Assembly (NCBI GenBank): GCA_021789495.1
Contig: JAJYJM010000001.1
Span: 89,004-153,003, forward strand
Reading direction: 5' to 3'
DNA length: 64,000 nucleotides
DNA from: Nitrospirota bacterium
GTDB taxonomy: Bacteria; Nitrospirota; JACRHJ01
Below the pieces are notes generated by a model. That model ran no database searches. It was not told the DNA's origin and saw only the letters and a program-made list of their open reading frames with translations. Within the stretch, counting starts at the first letter, position 1, and each line of letters begins with the position of its first letter. The position numbers and the translations under genes were made by a program. Positions 39,779 to 49,034 of the stretch are shown here, in pieces.

Positions 39779-40597
39779 ATGCAGGGACGCTTCAGGCTCA
39801 TAGATTCGGGGGCGGGGGACGCCGCATGGAACATGGCGGTGGACGAGGCGCTGCTCGTTTTGTGCGGCCCGGAGCCTGTCCTGAGGTTCTATTCCTGGAA
39901 TGCCCCGTCGCTCTCAATCGGTTCATTTCAAAAGGTTTTTGCCTTTGACTTAGACGGCATTTCGGCCAGAGGCATTCCCCTTGTCAGAAGGCCGACCGGC
40001 GGACGCGCGGTGCTGCACGACTCGGAGCTTACATACAGCCTAACATGTTGTATTCCCAACGATTTTTTCCAGTCAGACCTCATGGGTTCCTATAAGAAAA
40101 TCGGCGCGTGTTTCCTTCGCGGGCTGAATTCCATCGGGCTTCCGGCGGAGCTTGTTCCTGTAAAAAAAAATAGCAATAACAACAGGTTAAGCGGGCCGTT
40201 ATGTTTTTCGTCGCCGTCGTGGCACGAGGTTTTGGCGGGCGGGAAAAAGCTTATCGGCAGCGCGCAGAGAAGGCTGAAAAACTCTTTTCTTCAGCAGGGT
40301 TCCATAATTATCGATAAAGATTACGATGCGCTTTTGTCGCTTATGAGGTTCGAGGACGAATCAGGCAGGGAAACCGCGCTTGAGACGCTTTCCCGAAAGA
40401 TGACGGCCCTGAGGGAACATCTGCCGGAGGTCGATATTTCCGAGCTTAAGTCTGCTATTATAAAGGGATTTTCCGATGTGCTCGATGCGGATTTTCTGCC
40501 CGGTTCCCTGACGACGGAAGAGGAGGCCCTGGCCCGCGACCTGCTGGAGAACAAGTATTCGCGCCCTGAATGGAACCTCGAAAGACGCCTTTCCTGA
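39779..40597 (+). CDS. lipoate-protein ligase / octanoyltransferase family (BPL/LPL catalytic domain)
   Basis: LIDSGAGDAAWNMAVDEALL...RRPTGGRAVLHD...KLIGSAQRR. Start at ATG 39779. The 558-aa ORF-track entry is a chimera with a spurious N-terminus. Confidence 0.7.
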   Translation: MQGRFRLIDSGAGDAAWNMAVDEALLVLCGPEPVLRFYSWNAPSLSIGSFQKVFAFDLDGISARGIPLVRRPTGGRAVLHDSELTYSLTCCIPNDFFQSDLMGSYKKIGACFLRGLNSIGLPAELVPVKKNSNNNRLSGPLCFSSPSWHEVLAGGKKLIGSAQRRLKNSFLQQGSIIIDKDYDALLSLMRFEDESGRETALETLSRKMTALREHLPEVDISELKSAIIKGFSDVLDADFLPGSLTTEEEALARDLLENKYSRPEWNLERRLS

Positions 40598-40724
40598 CCC
40601 ACGTTTTTGGCCCGAAACCCGCCCGCAGAGACCAAATTTAACCCCGTTTCCGATGCCGGGGGAAAATTGCGATTTTTACCAATTTTACCTTGAAGAATCG
40701 GTGGGTTCCAAATACAATCCGGAA

Positions 40725-40805
40725 TTGCTATTGACAATGAACTTTCCCGACCGATGATATTTACTCTTGGCGTTTTGGCGACAAGTATGAGCAAATCCCC
40801 ATCGT
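40725..40805. repeat. about 85-bp duplicated non-coding element, copy B
   Basis: Matches 19528-19612. Contains TTGACA followed 19-21 nt later by GATATT/TATTTA. Confidence 0.7.
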
Positions 40806-40928
40806 CCCGACCGAAGCGGAGGGACCTAACTTTGACTTTTGAAGTCAACTGTGGATTCTTCTGACGGCGAACCCTCACCCGGCCTTCGGCCACCCTCTCC
40901 CATGAAAGGGCGATGGTAAGAAAAGTCG

Positions 40929-40982
40929 CCGGGTTTCCGCTGGAGCCTGCCCCGGTATGTTTAAAGCCGGGGCGGGAATGAC
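40929..40982. repeat. REP/MITE-like repeat, inverse copy of 9133-9191
   Basis: The reverse complement gtcattcccgccccggctttaaacataccggggcaggctcc matches the 9133 copy with 1-2 mismatches over about 42 nt. Confidence 0.7.
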
Positions 40983-41090
40983 CGACCTTCATCCCCCTCT
41001 TAAGTTAAGAGGGGGACAGAGGGGGCGTTATGAAATTTGCGTCCGGGCGGCGGGTTTATGGTATAATGCGCAATAATCCGGAGGTGGCCT

Positions 41091-41936
41091 ATGCCTGTGA
41101 GGGTTCCTGTAGCCGCGCCGTTTTATTCAGGGGACATCCGTGCGCAGATGGAGAGATACGAACGCGGGTTCACGCCTCCATCCGGCCTGCCGGAGATAAT
41201 TTCGGGCGGGATTGTCCCTCATGCCGGATGGTATTATTCCGGCGGGACAGCGTCGAAGGTTTATCTTTCCATAAAGCTCAGGCGCTCTCCCAGGACGTTC
41301 GTCATCTTCGGGGCCGTGCACGCTCCCGGCGTCAGTTCTTTCGCGGTCTATCCCGACGGCTCATGGCAGACCCCTATAGGCGAGGCAAAGGTAGACCGCG
41401 CGCTTGCCGAAATGTTCCTTGAAGAGATACCGGATTTACTCGTGTCCGACACGCGCGCCCATGCCCTGGAGCACTCGATAGAAGTCCAGCTCCCGATGAT
41501 AAAACACCTCTTTACGGATGCCATGATAGTGCCCGTCGCGGCGCCGCCGCTCGAAGAAGCCGTGAAGGTCGGCGGCAGGATAGGAAGGCTGATTGCCGGG
41601 ATGGACGTTGCGGTGATAGGCTCGTCCGACCTCACGCATTACGGAGACGATTACGGCTTTACTCCCGCCGGATACGGCGAAGGCGCAAGGGCGTGGATGC
41701 GGTCAAACGATATGAAGATTATCCGCGCCGCGCTCGACATGCATGAAGAGAGCATAATCCCGGAGGCCGAGGCGGACGGGAACGCATGTGGGGCGGGCGC
41801 GATGGCCGCGACAGTCGCCGCCGCGAAATCCCTCGGCGCAGAGAAAGGGATTTTACTGGAACACACGTCGAGTTTCGACGCGCATCCTGAGGGCGAGTTC
41901 CGTATGGCGGTAGGCTATGCGGGGATTATTTTCTGA
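41091..41936 (+). CDS. AmmeMemoRadiSam system protein B (Memo-like)
   Basis: APFYSGD...IVPHAGWYYSGGTASKVY and 281 aa length fit the MEMO1 family. Confidence 0.7.
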   Translation: MPVRVPVAAPFYSGDIRAQMERYERGFTPPSGLPEIISGGIVPHAGWYYSGGTASKVYLSIKLRRSPRTFVIFGAVHAPGVSSFAVYPDGSWQTPIGEAKVDRALAEMFLEEIPDLLVSDTRAHALEHSIEVQLPMIKHLFTDAMIVPVAAPPLEEAVKVGGRIGRLIAGMDVAVIGSSDLTHYGDDYGFTPAGYGEGARAWMRSNDMKIIRAALDMHEESIIPEAEADGNACGAGAMAATVAAAKSLGAEKGILLEHTSSFDAHPEGEFRMAVGYAGIIF

Positions 41937-42408
41937 CGTCGCGCGGAGGCTCCACGTCGGTAATGGTCCAGCCGACCTTGATCTTGAGGTCTTTCCTGAG
42001 GGAATGATAAACCGAGCAGTATTTTTCCTGCGAGAGCGCAACCGCGCGCTCGATGCGCCGCTCGGTGATACCGCTTCCGCTCACGTGTATGTGCATCGTG
42101 ATAGACTTGAAATACTGCGGCGGGGTGGTGTTCCTTTCGGCGTCGATGTCCACCTTGAACTTCTCGATACGGCATTTCATTTTTTTGAGGAAGCTCAGGA
42201 CGTCTATCCCCATGCACCCGGCAAGCGAGAGCATAAGCGACTCCGTCGGCATACAGCCCCACTGCACCTCGGCGTCGAACTCAATCTCGTAGCCGGACTG
42301 CGTCATGCCCTTGAAGAGCAGGTCTCTCTCCCAGAAGAGAAAGCCCTTCATTTGGCCCCTTACCTTGCTTTTATATTCCTCAAGCTGAAGTTCCGCATCG
42401 TGCGTCAT
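41926..42408 (-). CDS. OsmC/Ohr family peroxiredoxin-like protein
   Basis: 160 aa with two conserved Cys (LAGCMGID ... CSVY). Confidence 0.7.
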   Translation of the reverse strand: MTHDAELQLEEYKSKVRGQMKGFLFWERDLLFKGMTQSGYEIEFDAEVQWGCMPTESLMLSLAGCMGIDVLSFLKKMKCRIEKFKVDIDAERNTTPPQYFKSITMHIHVSGSGITERRIERAVALSQEKYCSVYHSLRKDLKIKVGWTITDVEPPRDVRK

Positions 42409-42410
42409 TT

Positions 42411-43196
42411 TTAAATTTTCGCCTTTTCTTCCGCCGCCATGTATTCAGACAACAGGGTTTTGAATTCCTTGCGAAGACCTACCACCTCTCCGATTACGAT
42501 AAGCGCCGGAGTGTCGAGCCCCGCCGCCGAAGCCGCCGAAAAAAGCTCCGAAAGCGGCGCGATCACCTGCCTCTGGCCGTGCGAAGTCCCGTGGCTTATG
42601 ACCGCCGCGGGCGTGTTTCCGGGGCGTCCGGCGGAGATGAGGCGCTCCGCTATCTCGGGGAGGCGCGTAAGTCCCATGTATATTACAATCGTGCCGACGG
42701 CGGTGGAAAGCTTCTCCCAGTCCACGGGGTCTTCAAGCCCGCTTCCCGGATGCCCCGTGACGAACGCGACGCTGCCGGAGACGCCCCTGTGCGTGACGGG
42801 TATGCCGAGCGAACCGGGGACGGCCACGCCGGACGTTACGCCGGGGACGACCTCGCAGGGAACGCCCGCTTCGCCGAGCGCCATGACCTCCTCGCCGCCG
42901 CGCCCGAAGACAAACGGGTCTCCGCCCTTGAGCCGCACGACCGTATTGCCAGCCAGCGCCTGCTCTATGAGCGTGCGGTTTATCTCTTCCTGCGAAGGGC
43001 ACATCCTGCCCGCGCGCTTGCCCATGTACAGGAGCTTTGCGTCCGGAGGCGCGAGCTTAAGGAGCGACTCCTGCACGAGGGCGTCGTAGACCACCACCTG
43101 CGCCTTCTTCAGGATGGCCGCGCCTTTCAGGGTTATAAGCTCCGGGTCTCCGGGACCCGCACCGATGAGATATACGATGCCTGTTTTTACTGCCAT
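42411..43196 (-). CDS. cobA: uroporphyrinogen-III C-methyltransferase (SUMT)
   Basis: VYLIGAGPGDPELITLKG...VVRLKGGDPFVFGRGGEE signature, 261 aa. Confidence 0.85.
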   Translation of the reverse strand: MAVKTGIVYLIGAGPGDPELITLKGAAILKKAQVVVYDALVQESLLKLAPPDAKLLYMGKRAGRMCPSQEEINRTLIEQALAGNTVVRLKGGDPFVFGRGGEEVMALGEAGVPCEVVPGVTSGVAVPGSLGIPVTHRGVSGSVAFVTGHPGSGLEDPVDWEKLSTAVGTIVIYMGLTRLPEIAERLISAGRPGNTPAAVISHGTSHGQRQVIAPLSELFSAASAAGLDTPALIVIGEVVGLRKEFKTLLSEYMAAEEKAKI

Positions 43197-43215
43197 TGCA
43201 AACTTCCTTTTGCTG

Positions 43216-43566
43216 CTATTCTTCGGGATGAAGCGGCCCCTGGAGATATACCAGGATTTCTTCGCCCGGATTCGGGAGTCCCGCCACCTTCCACGCCTTC
43301 AAAGGGTCCATTTTAAACGGCCTTGACGCGCAGGTCTTCGGTTTATGAAGGTTGGTGCATACCATCTTGAGTAGCGGGAACGAATGGAATTTGATGTAAT
43401 AGTTTCTGAGGAACTTTATTACTTCCAGGCGGTCTTCCGTAAGCTTGCTGATCCCTTCACGCTTCGCAATCGCTGCCGCCACGGCCTCGTTCCAGGCGTT
43501 GATGCTTGCCAGATAGCCGTTTTTATCCAACTCGACGCTGCCGCCTTCATATTTCAGCGATGGCAT
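43216..43566 (-). CDS. TusE/DsrC-family protein lacking both C-terminal redox cysteines (DsrC paralog)
   Basis: Aligns with the bona fide DsrC at 60156-60491 (NAWNEAVAA/NDWNEDVAG; KVAGLPNPGEE vs KIAGLPKPTGCV), but the Cys(B) position is Trp and the C-terminal GCV is replaced by an extended tail. Confidence 0.6.
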   Translation of the reverse strand: MPSLKYEGGSVELDKNGYLASINAWNEAVAAAIAKREGISKLTEDRLEVIKFLRNYYIKFHSFPLLKMVCTNLHKPKTCASRPFKMDPLKAWKVAGLPNPGEEILVYLQGPLHPEE

Positions 43567-43585
43567 GAGACCTCCGTTTTAGTTT

Positions 43586-44029
43586 TTACTGGTAGCCCTC
43601 GAATTTGCCTTCGATGTAGTCCTTGAGGTAGCGGTTCTCCGCCTCCACCTTGTGCATCAGCCCGCGCACAACGTCCCTGATGGATATAATGCCGGTAAGG
43701 TTCTGCCCGGACATGACGGGCAGATGGCGGATAGTGTTCTTCGTCATGATGTTCATGACGTAGTCGAGGTCGTCGTCTACAAGCCCGATAAGGATGTTGT
43801 GGGACATGACCTCGGCCACCTTGCGCGCACCGTATCCGCCGGGGTTGTCGTGGACCTCGCGGAGAATGTCTCTCTCCGCGATGACGCCTTTTAAGCTGCC
43901 GTTGCCGTCGATGACGGGAAGACAGCTTATCTTGTTGACAATGAGGGTCTTGAGAGCTTCCGAGACTTTCTGGTCAACATTTGCCGTTATAAGGCCCCTG
44001 CTGGTATCGAGAATGTCCTTGATCTTCAT
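43586..44029 (-). CDS. CBS domain pair protein
   Basis: Two CBS motifs (HLPVMSGQNLTGIISIRDV; CLPVIDGNGSLKGVIAERDI), 147 aa. Confidence 0.7.
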   Translation of the reverse strand: MKIKDILDTSRGLITANVDQKVSEALKTLIVNKISCLPVIDGNGSLKGVIAERDILREVHDNPGGYGARKVAEVMSHNILIGLVDDDLDYVMNIMTKNTIRHLPVMSGQNLTGIISIRDVVRGLMHKVEAENRYLKDYIEGKFEGYQ

Positions 44030-44091
44030 TGCCGCCCCCTTTGTCTGAAGCCCGGAGGCCCCGGAAGGCCGGGGCCTCGCATGCCCTTATG

Positions 44092-44334
44092 CTACTTCGT
44101 CTTCTTTATGAAGTAGTGCTGCTTGCCGTCTTTGTCTTCCGTGCCGAGAAGCTCGTTGCCCGTCCTCTTGGCCCATGCCACGATGTCGTTGACGGTGCCG
44201 AGGTCGGTGCCTATCATCTCAAGAATCTTCCCGGTCTCCATCTTCTTCACGGTCATGTTGGTCTTCAGTATCGGCTCCGGACATACCATCCCGGAACAGT
44301 CGAGCACCTGATCAGCCTTGATGTCCATGATCAA
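44092..44334 (-). CDS. tusA: TusA-like sulfurtransferase
   Basis: 80 aa with the LDCSGMVCPEPILK (CPxP) motif. Confidence 0.75.
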   Translation of the reverse strand: MIMDIKADQVLDCSGMVCPEPILKTNMTVKKMETGKILEMIGTDLGTVNDIVAWAKRTGNELLGTEDKDGKQHYFIKKTK

Positions 44335-44439
44335 CCCCCTTGTGTTACGCGTTTATAGATAGATGCGCCCCAAAAATATTTCGGCGAAGACAAATCAACA
44401 AATCATAGCGCCCCTGCATCCCGGCCCCCTTGCGCCGGC

Positions 44440-45909
44440 CTACCTGCTCCACCACTCGCCGGTCTTTAAGTACTGGTCTATGTTCTTTGCGGCGCTTCTG
44501 CCCGCGCCCATCGCCAGGATAACCGTGGCGGAGCCGGTGACGATGTCGCCGCCCGCGAAGACGCCCTTCTTGGTCGTCCGGCAGGTCTCTTCGTTTTCCA
44601 CTTCGATATAGCCCTTCTTCGTCTGGCCGAGGCCCGGAGTCGTCTGGAACAAAAGCGGATTGGAGCTCGTGCCGATGGACACGACCACGGCGTCCACTTC
44701 CAAAGTGAACTCCGAGCCCGGCTTCGCAACCGGCCTGCGCCTGCCGGAATCGTCCGGAAGGCCGAGCTCCATCTCTATGCACTCAAGGCCCTTGACCCAG
44801 CCCTGCTCGTTTCCAAGAACTTTAACCGGCGCGACAAGGAGCTTGAACTGCACGCCCTCGTGCATCGCGTGCTCGACCTCTTCCTTTCTGGCCGGAAGCT
44901 CGTCCTTCGAGCGCCTGTAGACGATATAGGCGTTGTCCGCGCCGAGCCTCAGCGCCGTGCGGACGGCGTCCATTGCGACGTTGCCGCCGCCGACTACCGC
45001 GACATTTTTGAACCTCTTTATCGGCGTGTCGTATTCCGGGAACCGGAATGCCTTCATGAGGTTCGAGCGCGTGAGGAACTCGTTGGCGGAGTAGACGCCG
45101 TTCAGGTTCTCGCCGGGTATGCCCATGAACCACGGAAGCCCCGCGCCGTTGCAGATATATACTGCGTCGAAGCCGTCCTCGCTCATGAGCTGGTCTATTG
45201 TCTTTATCTTGCCGATGACGTAGTTCAGCTTTATCTCGACGCCCATCTGCTCAAGCACCTTGACCTCGCGCTCGACGATGGCCTTCGGAAGCCTGAACTC
45301 CGGTATGCCGTATACCAGAACGCCGCCGGCCTTGTGCAGGGCCTCGAATACCGTTACCTTGTGGCCCATCACAGTGAGGTCGAACGCGGCTGTCAGGCCG
45401 GACGGCCCCGCGCCGACTATGGCAATCTTTTTGCCGGACGGCGCCGCGGCCTTGGGTATACGGCCTCCGCCGTGCTTCGCCTGAAAATCGGCCACGAACC
45501 GCTCAAGGCGCCCTATGGCCACGGAATCGCCCTTCTTGCTGAGGATGCAGACCTTCTCGCACTGCATCTCCTGCGGGCATACGCGCCCGCATACCGCGGG
45601 CAGGAGGCTCGACTCCTTTATCTTCGCAAGCGCGGAGAGGTAGTCCTTGCTCTGGATGAGGCCGATAAAAGACTTGATGTCGATACCTACCGGGCATCCC
45701 GTGGTGCAGAAAGGCTTCTTGCACTGGAGGCACCGCGACGCCTCAAGGAGCGCCTGCTCCTCCGTATAGCCCAGCGTCACCTCGTCGAAATTTTTCGCCC
45801 GTACGTGCGGGTCCTGCTCCGGCATGGCCTGCCTGGGGACCTTGGGCTTGGCCTGCTTTTGGCCACCTTCCCCCTGGCCCGCCTGACCCTCTTTTTTCTC
45901 TTCGCTCAT
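44440..45909 (-). CDS. GltD-like NAD(P)H oxidoreductase large subunit (NfnB/SudA-type)
   Basis: 489 aa with two N-terminal Cys clusters and FAD and NAD(P) Rossmann motifs (IAIVGAGPSGL; VAVVGGGNVAMD). Confidence 0.8.
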   Translation of the reverse strand: MSEEKKEGQAGQGEGGQKQAKPKVPRQAMPEQDPHVRAKNFDEVTLGYTEEQALLEASRCLQCKKPFCTTGCPVGIDIKSFIGLIQSKDYLSALAKIKESSLLPAVCGRVCPQEMQCEKVCILSKKGDSVAIGRLERFVADFQAKHGGGRIPKAAAPSGKKIAIVGAGPSGLTAAFDLTVMGHKVTVFEALHKAGGVLVYGIPEFRLPKAIVEREVKVLEQMGVEIKLNYVIGKIKTIDQLMSEDGFDAVYICNGAGLPWFMGIPGENLNGVYSANEFLTRSNLMKAFRFPEYDTPIKRFKNVAVVGGGNVAMDAVRTALRLGADNAYIVYRRSKDELPARKEEVEHAMHEGVQFKLLVAPVKVLGNEQGWVKGLECIEMELGLPDDSGRRRPVAKPGSEFTLEVDAVVVSIGTSSNPLLFQTTPGLGQTKKGYIEVENEETCRTTKKGVFAGGDIVTGSATVILAMGAGRSAAKNIDQYLKTGEWWSR

Positions 45910-45928
45910 TAGTTACCGTCCTTATCGC

Positions 45929-46780
45929 TTAAGCCGAATGGCAGAGTTTTTTCCTGCATATGTCAGCCGCCTGCTTCTCCTCGGGCAGATACTGCCTCTG
46001 GCGCGCCATCATCTCGTCGTAGTCCACCTCGTGCCCGTCGAACTCCGGGCCGTCAACGCAGACGAACTTTGTCTTCCCGCCGACGGTTACGCGGCACGCG
46101 CCGCACATCCCGGTGCCGTCCACCATGATGGTGTTGAGGCTGGCGAAAGTCTTTAGTCTGTGCGGCTCCGTAACCTTGCAGACGAACTTCATCATAATCG
46201 GCGGGCCGATTACGACGACAAGGTCGACAGGTATCTTCTCGACCTCTATCATCTGCTTGAGCTCGTCCGTCACGAAGCCTTTCTTCACGTATGAGCCGTC
46301 GTCCGTGGTGATGCGCACCTCGGTCGAAGCCTTTCTCATCAGGTCTTCGTATATCAAAAGGTCCTTCGTCCTGGCACCCAGGATGGATATGACCTTGTTG
46401 CCTGCGTCTTTCATGGCCTTCGCAATCGGATGTACCGGCGCGATGCCCACGCCGCCCCCGATGCAGACGACCGTTCCGAATTTCTCCACGTGCGTCGGCT
46501 TGCCGAGCGGCCCCGCGACATGCATGAGCTTGTCGCCTTCCTTGAACGAGCCGAGGAGCATCGTGGAGGCCCCGACTTCCTGGAACAGGATGTTTATGGT
46601 GCCCTTTTCGGCGTCCTTGTCGGCAATCGTGAGAGGTATCCTCTCGCCCGATTCCCGCGGTATTATGATGACGAACTGCCCGGCCTTGTGTGCCCTGGCT
46701 ATCTCCGGAGCGTCAAGCACGAACTCCGTTATCCTCGGTTCCTGCGCAGACCAAACTGTCTTTTTTAAGATTTCGTACAT
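45929..46780 (-). CDS. ferredoxin-NADP reductase-like small subunit (NfnA/SudB-type, 2Fe-2S)
   Basis: 283 aa. FAD/NAD-binding PDR-like fold plus a C-terminal GTGMCGACRV...C cluster. Confidence 0.75.
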   Translation of the reverse strand: MYEILKKTVWSAQEPRITEFVLDAPEIARAHKAGQFVIIIPRESGERIPLTIADKDAEKGTINILFQEVGASTMLLGSFKEGDKLMHVAGPLGKPTHVEKFGTVVCIGGGVGIAPVHPIAKAMKDAGNKVISILGARTKDLLIYEDLMRKASTEVRITTDDGSYVKKGFVTDELKQMIEVEKIPVDLVVVIGPPIMMKFVCKVTEPHRLKTFASLNTIMVDGTGMCGACRVTVGGKTKFVCVDGPEFDGHEVDYDEMMARQRQYLPEEKQAADICRKKLCHSA

Positions 46781-46792
46781 TCAGCCCCGTCC

Positions 46793-47263
46793 TTAGTTAT
46801 GTTCTATTTCTCTCATAAAATCGTCGTATTTCTCCTCGAAACCCCTCAAATGCCTGCTCTCTTCGTCCGCCAGCAGAAGGAACAATTTCCTGGCCTTCGG
46901 GTCGTCGGACAGCGCGGCGTATTTCTTGTAAGACTCGAACGCCTCTTTCTCCTTGGCCATCGCCGCCCTGAGCACGTCCTGGTAGCTCGCCGTCTCGTCC
47001 AGCCTTACCGAGCCTACGTAATCGGCATATCCGAGCGGTTTCGCCACGCCTTGCGACTTCGGTATCTTTCCGCCTTTTTCGACCTTCTTTTCCAGCTCGT
47101 TCAAGTGGTCGATGTGTTTCTGCTCCTCCTTCGCCAGGTGCTGGAGGTATGCCCGGACGTTATCAACCGAGGACTTTTCAGCGGCCTCAAGGTAGAAACG
47201 TTTTGAGTTCTCCTCGTTTATCCTGGCGTAGTCGATTATCTCTCTCAGCGTGATTTCTTCCAT
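46793..47263 (-). CDS. rubrerythrin/ferritin-like diiron domain protein
   Basis: Repeated E...EExH motifs (AKEEQKH; ADEESRH), 156 aa. Confidence 0.5.
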   Translation of the reverse strand: MEEITLREIIDYARINEENSKRFYLEAAEKSSVDNVRAYLQHLAKEEQKHIDHLNELEKKVEKGGKIPKSQGVAKPLGYADYVGSVRLDETASYQDVLRAAMAKEKEAFESYKKYAALSDDPKARKLFLLLADEESRHLRGFEEKYDDFMREIEHN

Positions 47264-47273
47264 TCAGATCTCC

Positions 47274-47323
47274 TGATAAAAAACAGCCCGGAGGGTCCGC
47301 CTAATGGACAGGCGGCCCTCCGG
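47274..47323 (-). terminator. rho-independent terminator after the dsrL-like gene
   Basis: On the minus strand, CCCGGAGGGCCGCCTG-tccatta-GGCGGACCCTCCGGG is followed by CTGTTTTTTAT. Confidence 0.6.
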
Positions 47324-47340
47324 GTGACGGAACGAATATT

Positions 47341-49020
47341 TTAGAACATGTCTATATAGCCGCAGGGACAGGCTTCCGCGCATTTTTTGCAGCCCTGGCA
47401 CTTGTCCAAGACGAACTCGTAATGCGTGCCGCGCGGAGTATCCTTCGCCTTCTTTTCCACCGCGCCGTCCGAGCAGTACATCCAGCAGTTGTCGCAGTCG
47501 AAGCACAGGCCGCAGCTCATGCAGCGCGAGACCTCTTCCTTGAACTCCGGATCCGAGAGGGCTATCATCGGCTCTTTCGTCATGCTCGCCTTCACCTCGG
47601 ACGCCGGGATGTACTTTGTCGCGTTCCGCTCCTTCTTGACGAAGAAGTCTCGGTACATGTTCTGATACCTGATGACCGTAAGCGGGGCCTCGGCGGGCTT
47701 CTCCTTCTTCTGGATGAAGTCGTCGATGGCCTCGGCGGCCTTCCTGCCAAGGCCGATGGCCTCCGTTACAAGGCCGAGCTGGTTCGTGACGTCGCCGCCC
47801 GCGAAGACTCCGTCCGCCGGGGTCTTGCCGCCTGCGTCCGTGGATATCCAGCCCTTTTCGTTCTTCAGGCTCTCAAGGCCGCCAAACTCCGGCTCCTGGC
47901 TGATGGACGGGCAGACGAACGTCGCCTCCACCACGAACTCGGAACCCGGCACCGGGACAGGCCTGCGCCTGCCGGAGGCGTCCGGCTCGCCAAGCTCCAT
48001 CCTCTGGAGCTTGAGACCTGCCGCCTTGCCGTCCTTTACCACAACCTCGACCGGGGCGGTAAGGTATTCGAACTTGACGCCTTCTTCCTCGGCGGAATGT
48101 ATCTCGTGCTCGATTGCCGGCATTTCGGTCCTGGTCCTGCGGTAGGATAGTGTCACGTCCGCGCCGAGCCTCAGGGCGACTCGCGCGGCGTCGATGGCGC
48201 TGTTTCCGCCGCCGATTACCACAACCTTCCTGCCTATATCGACCTTTTCGCCTTCATTGACCCTATGCAGGAATTCCGCGCCGGTCATGACATTCGGCGC
48301 GTTCTCCCCGGGAACTCCGAGCTTCTTGCCCGCATGGGCGCCGATGCCCATGAAGACGACGCTGTTGGACTTCCGTATCTCGTCGAACGATACGTCTTTC
48401 CCAACCTTCGTCTTCAGCTTGAGCTGCACGCCAAGGTCGAGGATTTTCTTGATCTCGGCGTCGAGCACGTCTTCCGGCAGCCTGTAGGAAGGTATGCCGT
48501 AGCGCAACATGCCGCCGGCCTTTTCAAAGGACTCGTAGATGGTCACGCCGTAGCCGCGCCTGGCAAGCTGATATGCGCAGGAGAGACCCGCCGGACCGGA
48601 GCCTACCACCGCGACTGATTCAGCTTTCTTCTCCGTCGGCGCCGTGAGCGGCAGGTTGTTCTTGATGCCGTAGTCGCCCATGTAGCGCTCGATGTTGTTG
48701 ATGTTCAGCGGCCCTTCGAGGCTTCCCCTGTTGCACTCGCTCTCGCACGGATGCGGACAGACCCTGCCGGTTGTGGCCGGGAGCGGGTTCTTGTCCGTAA
48801 GCATGTACCAGGCCTCTTTCATGGACTGGTCGAAGGTCCTGCCGTACATCTCCGACTGGTTGACGTGCATCACGTAGCCGCGGATGTCAACGCCTGACGG
48901 GCACTTGAACGTGCACGGCGGCGTTTTCGGCTGGTATTTGGGCCTCAGCGCGGAAGCCTGCGTCGCGGAGCCGGCTTTTATGCTGTAGTCCTTCTTTTTC
49001 TTCTTAACTACAATGGCCAT
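47341..49020 (-). CDS. DsrL-like NAD(P)H oxidoreductase (GltD-like core plus C-terminal 2x[4Fe-4S] ferredoxin domain)
   Basis: 559 aa. N-terminal Cys clusters (CTFKCPSG; CPHPCESEC), FAD/NAD Rossmann motifs, C-terminal CMSCGLCFDCDNC...CQGCKKCAEACP. Sits immediately downstream of dsrABD. The DsrL assignment rests on architecture and context only. Confidence 0.55.
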   Translation of the reverse strand: MAIVVKKKKKDYSIKAGSATQASALRPKYQPKTPPCTFKCPSGVDIRGYVMHVNQSEMYGRTFDQSMKEAWYMLTDKNPLPATTGRVCPHPCESECNRGSLEGPLNINNIERYMGDYGIKNNLPLTAPTEKKAESVAVVGSGPAGLSCAYQLARRGYGVTIYESFEKAGGMLRYGIPSYRLPEDVLDAEIKKILDLGVQLKLKTKVGKDVSFDEIRKSNSVVFMGIGAHAGKKLGVPGENAPNVMTGAEFLHRVNEGEKVDIGRKVVVIGGGNSAIDAARVALRLGADVTLSYRRTRTEMPAIEHEIHSAEEEGVKFEYLTAPVEVVVKDGKAAGLKLQRMELGEPDASGRRRPVPVPGSEFVVEATFVCPSISQEPEFGGLESLKNEKGWISTDAGGKTPADGVFAGGDVTNQLGLVTEAIGLGRKAAEAIDDFIQKKEKPAEAPLTVIRYQNMYRDFFVKKERNATKYIPASEVKASMTKEPMIALSDPEFKEEVSRCMSCGLCFDCDNCWMYCSDGAVEKKAKDTPRGTHYEFVLDKCQGCKKCAEACPCGYIDMF

Positions 49021-49034
49021 TGATTTTTCTCCGT

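Noticed and set aside
38921-40597. 558-aa plus-strand ORF
   Set aside because: It is a chimera. Only the last about 272 aa (from ATG 39779) form the lipoate-protein ligase-like protein. The upstream part is antisense to yicC.
41030-41422. 130-aa plus-strand ORF overlapping the start of the Memo-like gene
   Set aside because: It begins inside the repeat-rich intergenic region in a different frame from the well-supported Memo-like gene. Arg-rich composition, so I treat it as spurious.
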